A stretch of DNA of 64,000 bases. It comes from a virus. The notes under the pieces were generated by a model. It was not told the DNA's origin, searched no databases, and saw only the letters and a program-made list of their open reading frames with translations. Where the stretch lies: positions 5,145 through 69,144 of IMG/VR virus record IMGVR_UViG_3300037104_000892. The stretch is one strand, 5' to 3'. The position numbers and the translations under genes are program-made. Shown here piece by piece: positions 19,065 to 29,598 of this stretch (within the stretch, counting starts at the first letter, position 1; the number at the start of each line of letters is the position of its first letter).

Positions 19065-19781
19065 ATGAATCACTTAAAAATATACGAGCTAATAATTCAA
19101 AAAGTAAAATCTGAAAATAGAATTAAAAGTAAGCAAATCTATTATGAAAATCATCACATAATTCCTCGTTGTATGGGAGGATTGAATGTTAAAGAAAATT
19201 TAGTATTGTTAACTGCTCGTGAACATTTTATTTGTCATAAATTATTAGTATGCATTTATCCTAAAAATAGAAAACTTGTATGTGCATTGCATAAAATGAT
19301 ATATGGCAATACAAATAAATATGTTAAAACATCTAGAGACTATGCATATATACGAGAATTAATTTCGAAAATTCCTTTTTCAAAAGAAACTCTTGAAAAA
19401 TTTCATAAAAGAATTCCCTGGAATAAAAATAAAAAAGGATTACAGCATCATACCGAAAATTCTAAAAAAATATTAAGCGAAAAAAATACAGGCGAAAATA
19501 ATGCAATGTATGGCAAAAAAGGAGAAAAATCACCTTCCTTTGGTCTTAAACGTTCTGTTAAAGTAAAACAAAAATTATCAGAAGGAAAACTTGGTAAAAA
19601 TAATCCTAATGCTGGAAAATATGAAATTCACACTCCAGATAATTTTTATTTTATTGCTGAAGGCGCTACTACATTTATCAATGAACATCCTGAATATAAC
19701 ATAAATAGACATTTCATTTATTCTGCTGCATCTGTTAATGGAAATTTGTATAAAGGTTGGCGTGTTAAAAAATTAAATTAA
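19065..19781 (+). CDS. HNH homing endonuclease with NUMOD-type repeats
   Basis: ENHHIIPRCMGG.N..EN.V.LTAREHFICH. Confidence 0.85.
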   Translation: MNHLKIYELIIQKVKSENRIKSKQIYYENHHIIPRCMGGLNVKENLVLLTAREHFICHKLLVCIYPKNRKLVCALHKMIYGNTNKYVKTSRDYAYIRELISKIPFSKETLEKFHKRIPWNKNKKGLQHHTENSKKILSEKNTGENNAMYGKKGEKSPSFGLKRSVKVKQKLSEGKLGKNNPNAGKYEIHTPDNFYFIAEGATTFINEHPEYNINRHFIYSAASVNGNLYKGWRVKKLN

Positions 19782-20408
19782 GGGCAATACCCAACTTTCC
19801 AAAATATAAACTCCTGCTTCTTTAAGAAGCTCAAATGTTTCTTCTTTTTCTCCGATAAATTTTATTGCGTCAATGATAAAATATGTGTCAAACCCAGCCA
19901 TTGCTGAATCGATTGCAGTTTCTTTGCAACAATAATCGCCCGCAAGACCTGTGATATAAGTTTCAGTTACTTTACGTTCATCAAGAAACTCTTTTAAGCC
20001 AGTTTCTCTAAATCCACTGTACCCTTGATCGGCATTATCTGTGCCTTTTTTGAAGATATAGAAGTCTTTCTTACATAATGTTAAATCGAGATCAGGATGA
20101 AATTCTGCACCTGGTGTATCTTGCACGCAATGGTCTGGCCAAAGAGTTTCTTGCGTATCAGGATGAAAATCACTGCCATTTCTTAATGTAGGCCAATATT
20201 TATCAAAAGGTTTTGTTCCAGGGTGTTGTGAAGCGAAGCCTTCATGATCAACTGGATGCCAATCTTTTGTAAATATAATGAGGTCAAATTTTTCAAGAAG
20301 AGAATTAATTACTTGCACAACCGCGTCCCCCTCTGGTACTGCTAAACTTCCGCCTGGACAGAAGTCGTTCTGTACGTCCACCACGATCAGTGCTTTTTGT
20401 TTTTTCAT
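19773..20408 (-). CDS. pncA: Nicotinamidase
   Basis: VVDVQNDFCPGGSLAV; DWHP; WPDHCVQ; KG...YSGF; GLAGDYC. Confidence 0.92.
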   Translation of the reverse strand: MKKQKALIVVDVQNDFCPGGSLAVPEGDAVVQVINSLLEKFDLIIFTKDWHPVDHEGFASQHPGTKPFDKYWPTLRNGSDFHPDTQETLWPDHCVQDTPGAEFHPDLDLTLCKKDFYIFKKGTDNADQGYSGFRETGLKEFLDERKVTETYITGLAGDYCCKETAIDSAMAGFDTYFIIDAIKFIGEKEETFELLKEAGVYILESWVLPLI

Positions 20409-20610
20409 ATTATTTATTGTTAGGTTTTGCTATTGAAGCCGTTCTTACATCTGGGTTGTCCATCAATTTTTGAATATAAGCGTGTGGGCTTTTAATGTTG
20501 TCATAAATTAAGATGTTGCCATCTTTAAATTCTACCATTACTGAATATCCTCCTGGGACTAAAGATAATGGATTTGTGCGATATTCATCGCCTACTACTA
20601 ATGCCATATT

Positions 20611-21111
20611 TTAATTATTTGCTAATGTTTCTAATGCTGTCCAAAGTTCTTCATACTTATGACTTTTAAGATGCCAAGCAAACGAATCCATTTCTTTTTG
20701 ATACATTTTAAACATTGTACTGCCTGTATCTTTTGAATATTTCATGTTTGCATATCTGTCACAAAGTTTTATGAAAGTTGCGTGTTTATATCGATCTATA
20801 CCTGAATAATACGCATGATTCGCTCTTTCTTCTCGATTTCTCCCTTTTTCATTTGTTAAAGCAAAAGCATATTCTGCAATAGTTTCATTGGTTGCTTTTT
20901 TAACATCATTGTAAGTTTTTCCAGTATCTTCGATAACGTCATGAACCCAACATCCTGCGATTACATCTTCTCTATCTTTTTCTGGAATTAAATGAATAAA
21001 GCGTTCAGCTATTTCAACCACCATTTTAAGATGAAATTCATAAGGTTTGTCTTGATATCTTTGATTAACATCCCTGTGACAACTGATTGCATATGTTTTT
21101 ACGTCGACCAT
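20611..21111 (-). CDS. HD-domain small alarmone hydrolase (Mesh1/SpoT-like)
   Basis: H..Q....PY..H...V; HDVIEDT; LT; IKLCDR..N. Confidence 0.75.
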   Translation of the reverse strand: MVDVKTYAISCHRDVNQRYQDKPYEFHLKMVVEIAERFIHLIPEKDREDVIAGCWVHDVIEDTGKTYNDVKKATNETIAEYAFALTNEKGRNREERANHAYYSGIDRYKHATFIKLCDRYANMKYSKDTGSTMFKMYQKEMDSFAWHLKSHKYEELWTALETLANN

Positions 21112-21112
21112 A

Positions 21113-22828
21113 CTAAATGTTGTAATAGTTTATAAGTGTTTCTCTGTTACTGAATCCTCTACTTCTTGGAGAAATAATGACTGTTGGAGCATGCTGGCCA
21201 GCTTTAAAAACTGATCTCTTCATGCATTTAACTGCAAAATCAATTTGTCCTTCAAGTCCTTTTTTATCATATTTTCTAACTTCATCAATTTTTGGAAAAT
21301 AATCAGGATTGGGTTCTTCTTCGTATAATTCTTTGAGAATCTGAACTTTATTTTTCCTGTCTCTTATTAACATTGCGCATATTCCACTCTGAACCCAATA
21401 ATCAATCGGGTCTTCCATCGCGTCAGGTAATTCTGCAGCTGGAGCGAATTTTCCATTAAATAAATCAACAGGAATAACTTCTTTCTGATAAATATATTTA
21501 TTGATGTAATCAGCCAATTCATATATTTCAACTTTGGTTAAATCACCAATCAAAGCGTGAACTCCAATTGATCCAATATCATGGAATGCACACCATCCTA
21601 AAACTATTTCTGTATGATTTGCTGTAGCTACAATTCCTGAATCGAATATGTGTGTAGCACCAAGGCCTTGAACAGTCCTTAATGTTGCCTGGATTGCTGC
21701 TTTTCCAATTAATGAAAGTTCTTGTCCAAAAGCTTTGTCACTTTCTTTAACAATCTTTTCATATATTTTTTGGATTGGATTTGTATAGTAAGTTACTTCC
21801 AAATTATTAGCCAATTGTTTAACATATTTTAACGATTTTGTGTTTAAACTAGAAGGGTTCGTAATAAATATGCAATTTTCTTTTCCCATCGATTTGATAA
21901 CTAAAGCAGCTACTACAGCTGAATCGATACCACCGGAAAGATGAACTTGAGCTTTAGGAGTTCTTGATAATTTGAAAAATTCTTTTTGTTCGAATATTAA
22001 AGCATCAGTTATTTCTTTGTATTTTGAAGGAGGAGAATATGTAGTTTTATGCATATCAACTAACCCACTATATTCTTTGAATGATGGAGCAATGAACATG
22101 CATTCACCTTTTTCATCAAAAATAGATGAATGACCATCAAAAATGACCACATTTTTTAAAATATCACCAACACCGACGGCATTGACGGAAATAAATGGAA
22201 TTTTTAATCCTTTTGAGATCGTTTTCCATAATTTCATTCTTTTTGCCTGTTTTCCGTAATAAAAGTAGGATTGATTGATATGAACTAACAATTCAGCTCC
22301 TTTTTTCACCATTTCTTCCGGAATATTACGACTATGATCGTATATCCAAGCATCTTCACATATTAGAATTCCGATATTTACATTTTCATTTCCAATACGA
22401 CATTTGAAAACTTTTGATTCGTGTCCAGGATCGAAGTATTTTTTATCTTCGTGGTGATCTGCAGATGCAAGAAGTTGTTTATGATATGTGCGTATTTGAT
22501 CACAATCTATAATTGCAGCTGCATTTTTAAGTTTTGGAAAACCATTTGCATGCATACCAAGATAATCAATGTAACCAATGATTACAGTACCGGTGTAATT
22601 TATTTCCTGTATGTATTCCTGAAGTTCATTTATTTTTGAATACTGATCTTTTATAAAATCTTCACGATCCCATAATGATCCGCACATATATCCAGTTATT
22701 GCTGTTTCTGGAAAGATAGAAAGATTGGCACCGTCTCCTTTATCACGTAATATACATGCACGTATTTTCTCGAAGTTACGGTTAATGTCTCCAGTGATTG
22801 TGTTAATCTGATGAATTGATGGTGTCAT
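21113..22828 (-). CDS. nadE: Glutamine-dependent NAD+ synthetase
   Basis: Nitrilase domain (FPE, K, ICED) plus SGGIDS synthetase; DLTK..IY; P.AEL. Confidence 0.9.
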   Translation of the reverse strand: MTPSIHQINTITGDINRNFEKIRACILRDKGDGANLSIFPETAITGYMCGSLWDREDFIKDQYSKINELQEYIQEINYTGTVIIGYIDYLGMHANGFPKLKNAAAIIDCDQIRTYHKQLLASADHHEDKKYFDPGHESKVFKCRIGNENVNIGILICEDAWIYDHSRNIPEEMVKKGAELLVHINQSYFYYGKQAKRMKLWKTISKGLKIPFISVNAVGVGDILKNVVIFDGHSSIFDEKGECMFIAPSFKEYSGLVDMHKTTYSPPSKYKEITDALIFEQKEFFKLSRTPKAQVHLSGGIDSAVVAALVIKSMGKENCIFITNPSSLNTKSLKYVKQLANNLEVTYYTNPIQKIYEKIVKESDKAFGQELSLIGKAAIQATLRTVQGLGATHIFDSGIVATANHTEIVLGWCAFHDIGSIGVHALIGDLTKVEIYELADYINKYIYQKEVIPVDLFNGKFAPAAELPDAMEDPIDYWVQSGICAMLIRDRKNKVQILKELYEEEPNPDYFPKIDEVRKYDKKGLEGQIDFAVKCMKRSVFKAGQHAPTVIISPRSRGFSNRETLINYYNI

Positions 22829-22921
22829 ATATCTATTTTTGTATATTTGAATATAACAATAATTTCTGACAAATAAAAATTATTGATCAACTATTTTTAC
22901 TAAAACAATAAGTATTTCATT

Positions 22922-23425
22922 TTATTTGTCTTTTGCTTTGTGTGCACGCCACGTTAAATGTTCGTCTTCATGTTTAAGCCATTCTAATAACTCAGGATCA
23001 TTTACTTGTTCGTGCTCAATTAACGACCAAAGCTGATTATCTTGAGTTGCTTTATCATAAGCAACTACGTAATATATCTTTTTTATTCCTGATGCAATTA
23101 TGTTTTTAAGGCATTCGTCACAAGGTTGTAATATCGTGTATATTTCAGAACCTTCAATTGCTTTTCCTTCTTTAGCTGCAAATAAAATTGCATTCATTTC
23201 AGCATGAACCTCATTCATTTTTGACCACGTATGATGTTCTTCACGTTGAGTTTTATAATCGTAATTTGGGAAGTGTTCTTTGCAATTTTCAAATCCCGGA
23301 GGTGTTCCATTTATGCCTGTAGATATGATTCTTTTGTGGTCTGCGATAACAGCACCAACTTGACGAGAAACACATTTGGATTCTTGGCCAAGTAAATAGG
23401 CTGTCTTTAAGAAAAAATTCTTCAT
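22922..23425 (-). CDS. dCMP deaminase
   Basis: HAEMNA; PCDEC; VGAVI; G.NG.P. Confidence 0.9.
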   Translation of the reverse strand: MKNFFLKTAYLLGQESKCVSRQVGAVIADHKRIISTGINGTPPGFENCKEHFPNYDYKTQREEHHTWSKMNEVHAEMNAILFAAKEGKAIEGSEIYTILQPCDECLKNIIASGIKKIYYVVAYDKATQDNQLWSLIEHEQVNDPELLEWLKHEDEHLTWRAHKAKDK

Positions 23426-24235
23426 GTTATTATTTTTTTCGCTATTTGTGATATTGATGTAACTTCTTCAATATCTTCGCGTCTTTTATTTATTAATGAG
23501 CCATCGGAATCAAAAAGGCCTTTAGCTTTTTCTTCATCCGCCATTTCATTTTCAACTTTTCTTTTAGCTGAATTGTAATCCTCAGCCATTACATAATAAG
23601 TCTTATACTTATTTGTTTTAACTTCAAATAGCATATTCATATTATCCTAAGGTTATCCCACCCTTATTAGCGGCATCCGGGTCATCGGTCAATGTATTAA
23701 CTAAATTGACACAATCAATTATAGATTTTTGAAGTGTGTTAATAAAGTTTATGTAATCATTAAGATTGCCTAATTGCGGTTTTCTTGTTGCATTTTGCAA
23801 GTTATTCATCGCTGATTTAAGAAATTTTCTTTCTAGTGCTTCCATATTATGTTAGTTTTATATCTTCAGATTTTTCAGGACCCGAACCATGAGTAACGAT
23901 GGTGTTTATCATTGCTACGTTATCCTTAACGAGCTTTCGTACGTTTTTTACCAAATTGAGCAATTCAGTATTGTCCAATTCTTCAGGTTCATCATATTCA
24001 TCAGGTAAATCAGCACAATGGTTCAAATTTTGTGCTATTGTCATTAACATTTGTTTTTCTAGCTTTTCCATAGTTTTATCTTTATATACTAAAATAATCA
24101 AAAAAGTAATACGATTTACAAAAATGTTGTTAAATGTTTGTTAAAAAACAAAAGCCCGAATTTCTTCGAGCTTTCAATTCCCTTATTTCGAAGGGCACCT
24201 AGTTACGTTCTTTCGAAGAGGCTTTACTAAGCATA

Positions 24236-25906
24236 TTAGATTTCAATAGCGTTAATCTGGTGAATAACAGCATCTAAGTCTATTTCTATTCTCTTAGCTG
24301 TTTCATAGATATCTGCAGTATACCCGTAAAGACGGTGTACCTTCGTTCCTTCCTTTATCATAGTAGGAGCGTATCCACACATATTGATAACGAAAACGTT
24401 AGGTGTTCCATGTCTCTGGCAGTAACCCTTGTAAGATGTTTCTACTTGGTCTGCTCCCTGTTCGTCAGAGATGATGAATACTCTGTCAAACTTTCCGTAC
24501 TGGTCAAGCATTGGGAAGATTGTACCCCATGAGGTACCTCCACCTACATGATGTCCGCGCATTAAAGCGTTCTTAAGTGAGTTAATGCTGTCAAGAGGGT
24601 TGTATGTAACCTTACCAGCTGAGCTAGCGAATACGAACATTTCTGCTCCAATTCCCTTAGCTAAAGTAGCTGCTACTAAAGCACCCTTGTCAAGTGCTGA
24701 AGTACGTCCGCTTACACCCTTACCAGTTTGAATTGTTGAACTCATTGACCCTGATACGTCTAATACAACTGCGGTTCTGCCGTCGTTGAAAAGTTCTGCA
24801 AGGTTTGGAATTGAACGTTCGTAAGCAGTGTTAAGTGCTAATGCTACCTGTGAAAGTACACGACCGTTAAATTCTACCAACATTATTTCTAATGCAAGGT
24901 CGATCTGGTGTGGGAATACAAGAGACTTCTTGATGAAAGCTTCATCTTGTAATTGTTCGCATGCCATTGTAAGCAATGCGTTATCGTTAGTCTTAAGAAT
25001 ATTTCTTACGTTACGAAGTAATGCAAGGTACCCAATTTTCTTAGTCTTGATAAGCTCTGCATAGTTTTCAGTCTTAGATTCGTTAAGTTCAACCTTAGCT
25101 TGTTCAGTTGTGATTGCGCCTGACTTAACCTTTGCTGCTACAGTCTTACCTGCGTCAGTGTTTTTGTCTTCAACAGTATTGAACTGCTTAAGCAAACCAA
25201 GCACAAGTGCCTTGATGGTTGAGATTCCAACTTTACCATTTTCTGGTGCATCTAAAAGATATTTGTCCTTTTCGAACTTCGTACCCTTTACTGCTTTAAG
25301 GTAGTCTGCTTCAGTTACGAATACAGTACCGTTAATAGGAGTTTCATGTGGGTGCACAAGGTTAACGATGTCAACCAATGATACACCTTTTCCAGACATT
25401 TGATATTTAGCTAATGAATATGTGTCACTATGTTCTATTGCATCTCTGAATCCTTTTTTTATTGCATTTGGGATAGGTGCATCTTCTCCATTTTTCAATT
25501 TGTATATAGCTAATATTTCAGCCATATCATCAAGTCTGAAAATTATTCCTCCTTTGTTAATTTTACGATCTCTTTTTGAGAAAAATCTTTTTGCTAATTC
25601 TGTTCCGGACAAAATTGGTATCATATTAACAGCTCCGATATGTGTGACAGTACGTTGGCCAAAAATAGTACGTGCATAAACTAATGCTTTTGCAGCAAAA
25701 GTTGCATTTTTATTGGCTACAGTTTCTAGAACTGTTTCAAATCTTTTAATTCTTTCATTTTCTTTTTCATAAAATGAATTCTGAATTCCTGTTGCTAAAA
25801 TTCCGACGAGTTCTTTTTCTGATTTCTGAGTATATCCTACTCCATTTTCAAAAGTTGCAGTTACTTTAACTTCACTTTTACTTTCTTTTTTTACATTGTA
25901 CTTCAT
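24236..25906 (-). CDS. Ro60/Rsr TROVE-domain RNA-binding protein with vWA domain
   Basis: N..G..; R...G.RT; KYQ; L.D.V.L.HP; ALLRN.RN; DVSGSM MIDAS; GGT; IISDEQ. Confidence 0.9.
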   Translation of the reverse strand: MKYNVKKESKSEVKVTATFENGVGYTQKSEKELVGILATGIQNSFYEKENERIKRFETVLETVANKNATFAAKALVYARTIFGQRTVTHIGAVNMIPILSGTELAKRFFSKRDRKINKGGIIFRLDDMAEILAIYKLKNGEDAPIPNAIKKGFRDAIEHSDTYSLAKYQMSGKGVSLVDIVNLVHPHETPINGTVFVTEADYLKAVKGTKFEKDKYLLDAPENGKVGISTIKALVLGLLKQFNTVEDKNTDAGKTVAAKVKSGAITTEQAKVELNESKTENYAELIKTKKIGYLALLRNVRNILKTNDNALLTMACEQLQDEAFIKKSLVFPHQIDLALEIMLVEFNGRVLSQVALALNTAYERSIPNLAELFNDGRTAVVLDVSGSMSSTIQTGKGVSGRTSALDKGALVAATLAKGIGAEMFVFASSAGKVTYNPLDSINSLKNALMRGHHVGGGTSWGTIFPMLDQYGKFDRVFIISDEQGADQVETSYKGYCQRHGTPNVFVINMCGYAPTMIKEGTKVHRLYGYTADIYETAKRIEIDLDAVIHQINAIEI

Positions 25907-25946
25907 TTTGTGCCTCCTTTTTACTATTAATTTATTATTAAAGAAA

Positions 25947-26618
25947 TTATTTTTTATGTTTACAGTTTTCTCCGTGCCATTTTTTAAAGTTGCCCGGTAT
26001 TATTTCTCTATTACAATAAGGACATTTTATTTTAATATACGAACCTCGTTTAACTCCAGTTCGTGTTTTAATCATTTGTTCTTTTGTTTCTTTAGAATGA
26101 TGTGAATCTTTTCTTGATATTTTAACTAATTCTTCTTTAGATTTTTTTCTTCCTGTTACTGCTTTTAAAAGAGCAGCTTTACATTTTTCTGAAGCTTTTC
26201 GTCCTTCACCTAGTTTACTTAATTTTGTTTTTGTTTCTTCTTTTACAGGTGGTCTATTTTTTGCCGCTTCTTTTGATCGTTTTCTTTGTTCATCATTAAA
26301 TTTATATCCCGTATTTCCTTCTCCACCCCAAGTTTGATTATATCCCCATTTACTTACATGAGAATTCATTTCTTTTATCCAAAATGATTCTTTTTCTTTC
26401 CATTCAACAAAATCGATATATTCTATTATGCCCATAATAAAATTATCAATACCATACTTTTTTATTGCTTTTCCAATTATGATTCCACTTCCAAAATAAT
26501 TATCTTTATCATATTCCTTATTTGTTGCATGAAAACCCACATAACATTTTTTATTCACTAAATTTGCAATTTTGTATATGTAAAAGTATTTATATGAACT
26601 ATTTCTATGATTTCCCAA
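25947..26618 (-). CDS. GIY-YIG homing endonuclease
   Basis: YIYKI.N..N.K.YVG; YFGSG; GYN...GG. Confidence 0.85.
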   Translation of the reverse strand: MGNHRNSSYKYFYIYKIANLVNKKCYVGFHATNKEYDKDNYFGSGIIIGKAIKKYGIDNFIMGIIEYIDFVEWKEKESFWIKEMNSHVSKWGYNQTWGGEGNTGYKFNDEQRKRSKEAAKNRPPVKEETKTKLSKLGEGRKASEKCKAALLKAVTGRKKSKEELVKISRKDSHHSKETKEQMIKTRTGVKRGSYIKIKCPYCNREIIPGNFKKWHGENCKHKK

Positions 26619-26913
26619 AATTATTTTTATTTTCGTTATTTATTTCGTCTAATTTCTTTTGCATCATCAAATAATTTCTGACAATTCTTGCAAATTTATA
26701 AATTGCTGGTTGTTCCCAAACTTCGAATTGATCAAGTATTGCGTAACTTCCAAAAGCTTCTTTAATATCATCGTTATGATTAATGATAAACATTTCGTCG
26801 TTATGTGTCATATTCATAGTTTTAAAAACAAAAATCCCGGTGAATTTATGATTCCCGGGCTAATTTAATGTAAGTCTTGAATCATGAGCATCATGAAACA
26901 AGTTAGATTAAAA

Positions 26914-26976
26914 AATTGGGAAATGTGATTAGAGTGTTTTTTCCTAAGCGAAGTAACTCTTTATCTTACCACAATC
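26914..26976 (-). ncRNA. Y-RNA-like element 6, minimal (stem only), upstream of the Ro60 gene
   Basis: ATTGTGGTAAGATAAAGAGTTACTTCG-loop-ACTCTAATCACATTTCCCAAT. Confidence 0.7.
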
Positions 26977-27041
26977 AATTATATTATATATACAGTCAAA
27001 TAACAATAGTTTTGTTACTTAATGTTAAGCTTTTGTTAAAA

Positions 27042-27347
27042 TTACATTAATATGATTAAGATAAGTAATAAAAGAAGTAATGCTCCACCGTAGGTATAGC
27101 CATAATCTCTTTTAACTTTTTCCTTCATTTCTTTAGCTTCTTTTTTCAAGCTTTTCTTTTCAGTTGCGTTCATTTTTGTTTTATCCATCGCTTTGATTTC
27201 GGATATTCTTAATTCCATAGCTTTAATTTCAGCTGTTTTTTCAGCAGTTAAAGCAGTAGCTGGTTTTGGAGATGTAGCACTTGCCTGAATTGGCATAAAA
27301 GTTAATGACAATAATACTGCCATAATACAGAATACAATTTTTTTCAT
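27042..27347 (-). CDS. Small secreted/membrane protein of Bacteroidota type
   Basis: Signal peptide; RI.EIK.MDK..M...EKK.L; C-terminal hydrophobic GGALLLLLL. Confidence 0.6.
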   Translation of the reverse strand: MKKIVFCIMAVLLSLTFMPIQASATSPKPATALTAEKTAEIKAMELRISEIKAMDKTKMNATEKKSLKKEAKEMKEKVKRDYGYTYGGALLLLLLILIILM

Positions 27348-28010
27348 TTTGATTAATTTTTTTTAGTTTATTTATTTATTTTATATGTCAAATATAATCA
27401 AAAAATTTCGTTTAATAACATTGTTGTTGTTAAAGTTTTGTTAAAAATCTTCGATTTCAGGACGAGGTTTCATTTTGTAAACATGTGGGTGTCCATCTGG
27501 CGGAGTCCATGTAGTCGTTGATATAGTTTTTTTATGACCACAACTTGTACATTTTCTAATTTTTTTCTGGCCATTCAATATAGGTTTTGTGACAATTTCA
27601 AAATTGTCTATTGCTCCACATTTTGAACATCTTTGTTTTGGGGCTGGTGTGTGAATGTACATATTGATTGATTTGAGTATGAATATAATCAAAATAATTG
27701 ACAATAAAAAATTAAATTTGTTAAAAAATTGTTAATGTTGTAAAATAAGCATATATATCTTGTTTTTAAGAGATTTTTCAACAAATAGTAATAATTATGC
27801 AACATTTAGGTATATATCGGATAATAAAATAAATTAAAATGAAGATATATATTCAGATATACATGGTCATATAATGCATTCATTCGAATGACTTGCATGA
27901 TAAAACAAAAAGTGAAACTGAAGAATAATTCTTCCTTTCGATGCTAAAAGTCTTTAGCAAATTGATAATCAGTACAATTATCAAGACACCAAACAAATTA
28001 ATAACTTAGC

Positions 28011-29264
28011 GTGAAAAAAAGAATCATAGCTTTCATAGCCATCATGATGATAGTATTGTCAGCTATAATCACATGTAAAAAAGACGACTTTAAAGAATTA
28101 GTCGGAACATGCCCTACTCCCGTAAAAATTGAATATACAGTTCAATTATCTTCTAATCCTGTATTAGGCGGAAACGTATTAGGCGCAGGAACTTTCTCAA
28201 AAGATACTACATTAACAGTATCTGCAACTCCTAACTCAGGATTCACTTTTGTAAATTGGACTGAAGGAGCAATTGCTCTTACTACCAGTGCAAATTATAC
28301 TTTTACATTAGATACTGACAAAGTATTTATTGCTAACTTTACTGCAGTGATTCCCAATACATTTACTTTAACTGCTACTGGAGTTAACGGGACAGTTTTA
28401 AAATTTGCGGATAAATTGGCTTATAATTTGAATGAGGTAGTTCAAATCACAGCAATTCCGGACGCAGGATATCAATTTGATTCTTGGAGTGGAGACGCTA
28501 CAGGAATTTTAAATCCTCAAAACGTTACAATGGATGCAAACAAAAGTGTTACAGCTAATTTCTCGTTAATCGCAGCATCACTTTGTCCTACAGTCGTAGA
28601 CTTAGGATTATCTGGTAATTTTGCAATATTTGCTGAATCAGGAATTTCTACAACAGGTGTTACTTTAGTTACTGGTGATATCGGTGTAAACCCTGTAACG
28701 GCAACATCAATAACAGGATTTGGATTAATTCTCCCTGCAAACGGTGCCTTTTCAACATCAAGTTTAGTTGTTGGTAAAGTATATGCCCCTGATTATGCTG
28801 CTCCATCACCAGCAAATATGGTTACAACGAGTGGTAATATGCATACAGCATTTACAACTGCTAATGGATTAGTAGTACCAGCACCTGTAACAGAATTTAT
28901 GGCCGGTAATCTTAATGGTCAGACTTTAACAGCAGGTATTTACAAATGGAGTTCAGGTGTTTCAATTACAAACGGCATCGTATTAGACGGTGGCGGAGAC
29001 AATTGTGCAACCTTTATATTCCAAATAGCACAAGACCTTACAGTAGCTAACAGCGCTATAATTACATTACAAAATGGTGCTGATGCTAAAAATATCTTTT
29101 GGGTAGTAGCTGGATCAGGCGCAGTACTTGGAACAGACGTTAACTTCAAAGGAAACATTCTTTGTAAAACTTTAATTTCAGTTAATACCGGAGGAAAAGT
29201 ATTAGGACGTTTATTAGCACAAACTGCAGTAACATTAAATGCAGCAACTGTAACTAAACCATAA
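28011..29264 (+). CDS. Ice-binding (DUF3494) lipoprotein with N-terminal repeat domains
   Basis: Lipobox-like TCKK; ATP..G..F..W repeats; VDLG...FAI.A..GIS...GDIGV.P; L.AG.YKW; FIFQI; NIFW.V; GRLLAQTAVTL. Confidence 0.88.
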   Translation: MKKRIIAFIAIMMIVLSAIITCKKDDFKELVGTCPTPVKIEYTVQLSSNPVLGGNVLGAGTFSKDTTLTVSATPNSGFTFVNWTEGAIALTTSANYTFTLDTDKVFIANFTAVIPNTFTLTATGVNGTVLKFADKLAYNLNEVVQITAIPDAGYQFDSWSGDATGILNPQNVTMDANKSVTANFSLIAASLCPTVVDLGLSGNFAIFAESGISTTGVTLVTGDIGVNPVTATSITGFGLILPANGAFSTSSLVVGKVYAPDYAAPSPANMVTTSGNMHTAFTTANGLVVPAPVTEFMAGNLNGQTLTAGIYKWSSGVSITNGIVLDGGGDNCATFIFQIAQDLTVANSAIITLQNGADAKNIFWVVAGSGAVLGTDVNFKGNILCKTLISVNTGGKVLGRLLAQTAVTLNAATVTKP

Positions 29265-29281
29265 AATTATAAAGAAAAATA

Positions 29282-29593
29282 ATGAAAAAAATAATTATAT
29301 CTTTAATAATTGCGATAGCAATGATATTTACAACCTCATGTGGATCTTTACTAGTAAGTACTACATATGATCCAAATGATTCGTATTACATTGAAACATC
29401 TCCTTATTATCATCATCAACATTATTATAATGATTACTATTATGATAGACAGTCAAATTACTATCAAAACCATCATGTTTATCGTAATGAATCTCCTACA
29501 ATAATATTAAAACAAAGGGGTAATAATGGCAATAATGGTTATCGCAATAACAATGGTAACAAATCGAATAATCGTAATAAAAATAAAAAATAA
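29282..29593 (+). CDS. Small Tyr/Asn-rich lipoprotein
   Basis: Lipobox TSC. Confidence 0.5.
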   Translation: MKKIIISLIIAIAMIFTTSCGSLLVSTTYDPNDSYYIETSPYYHHQHYYNDYYYDRQSNYYQNHHVYRNESPTIILKQRGNNGNNGYRNNNGNKSNNRNKNKK

Positions 29594-29598
29594 TAGTA

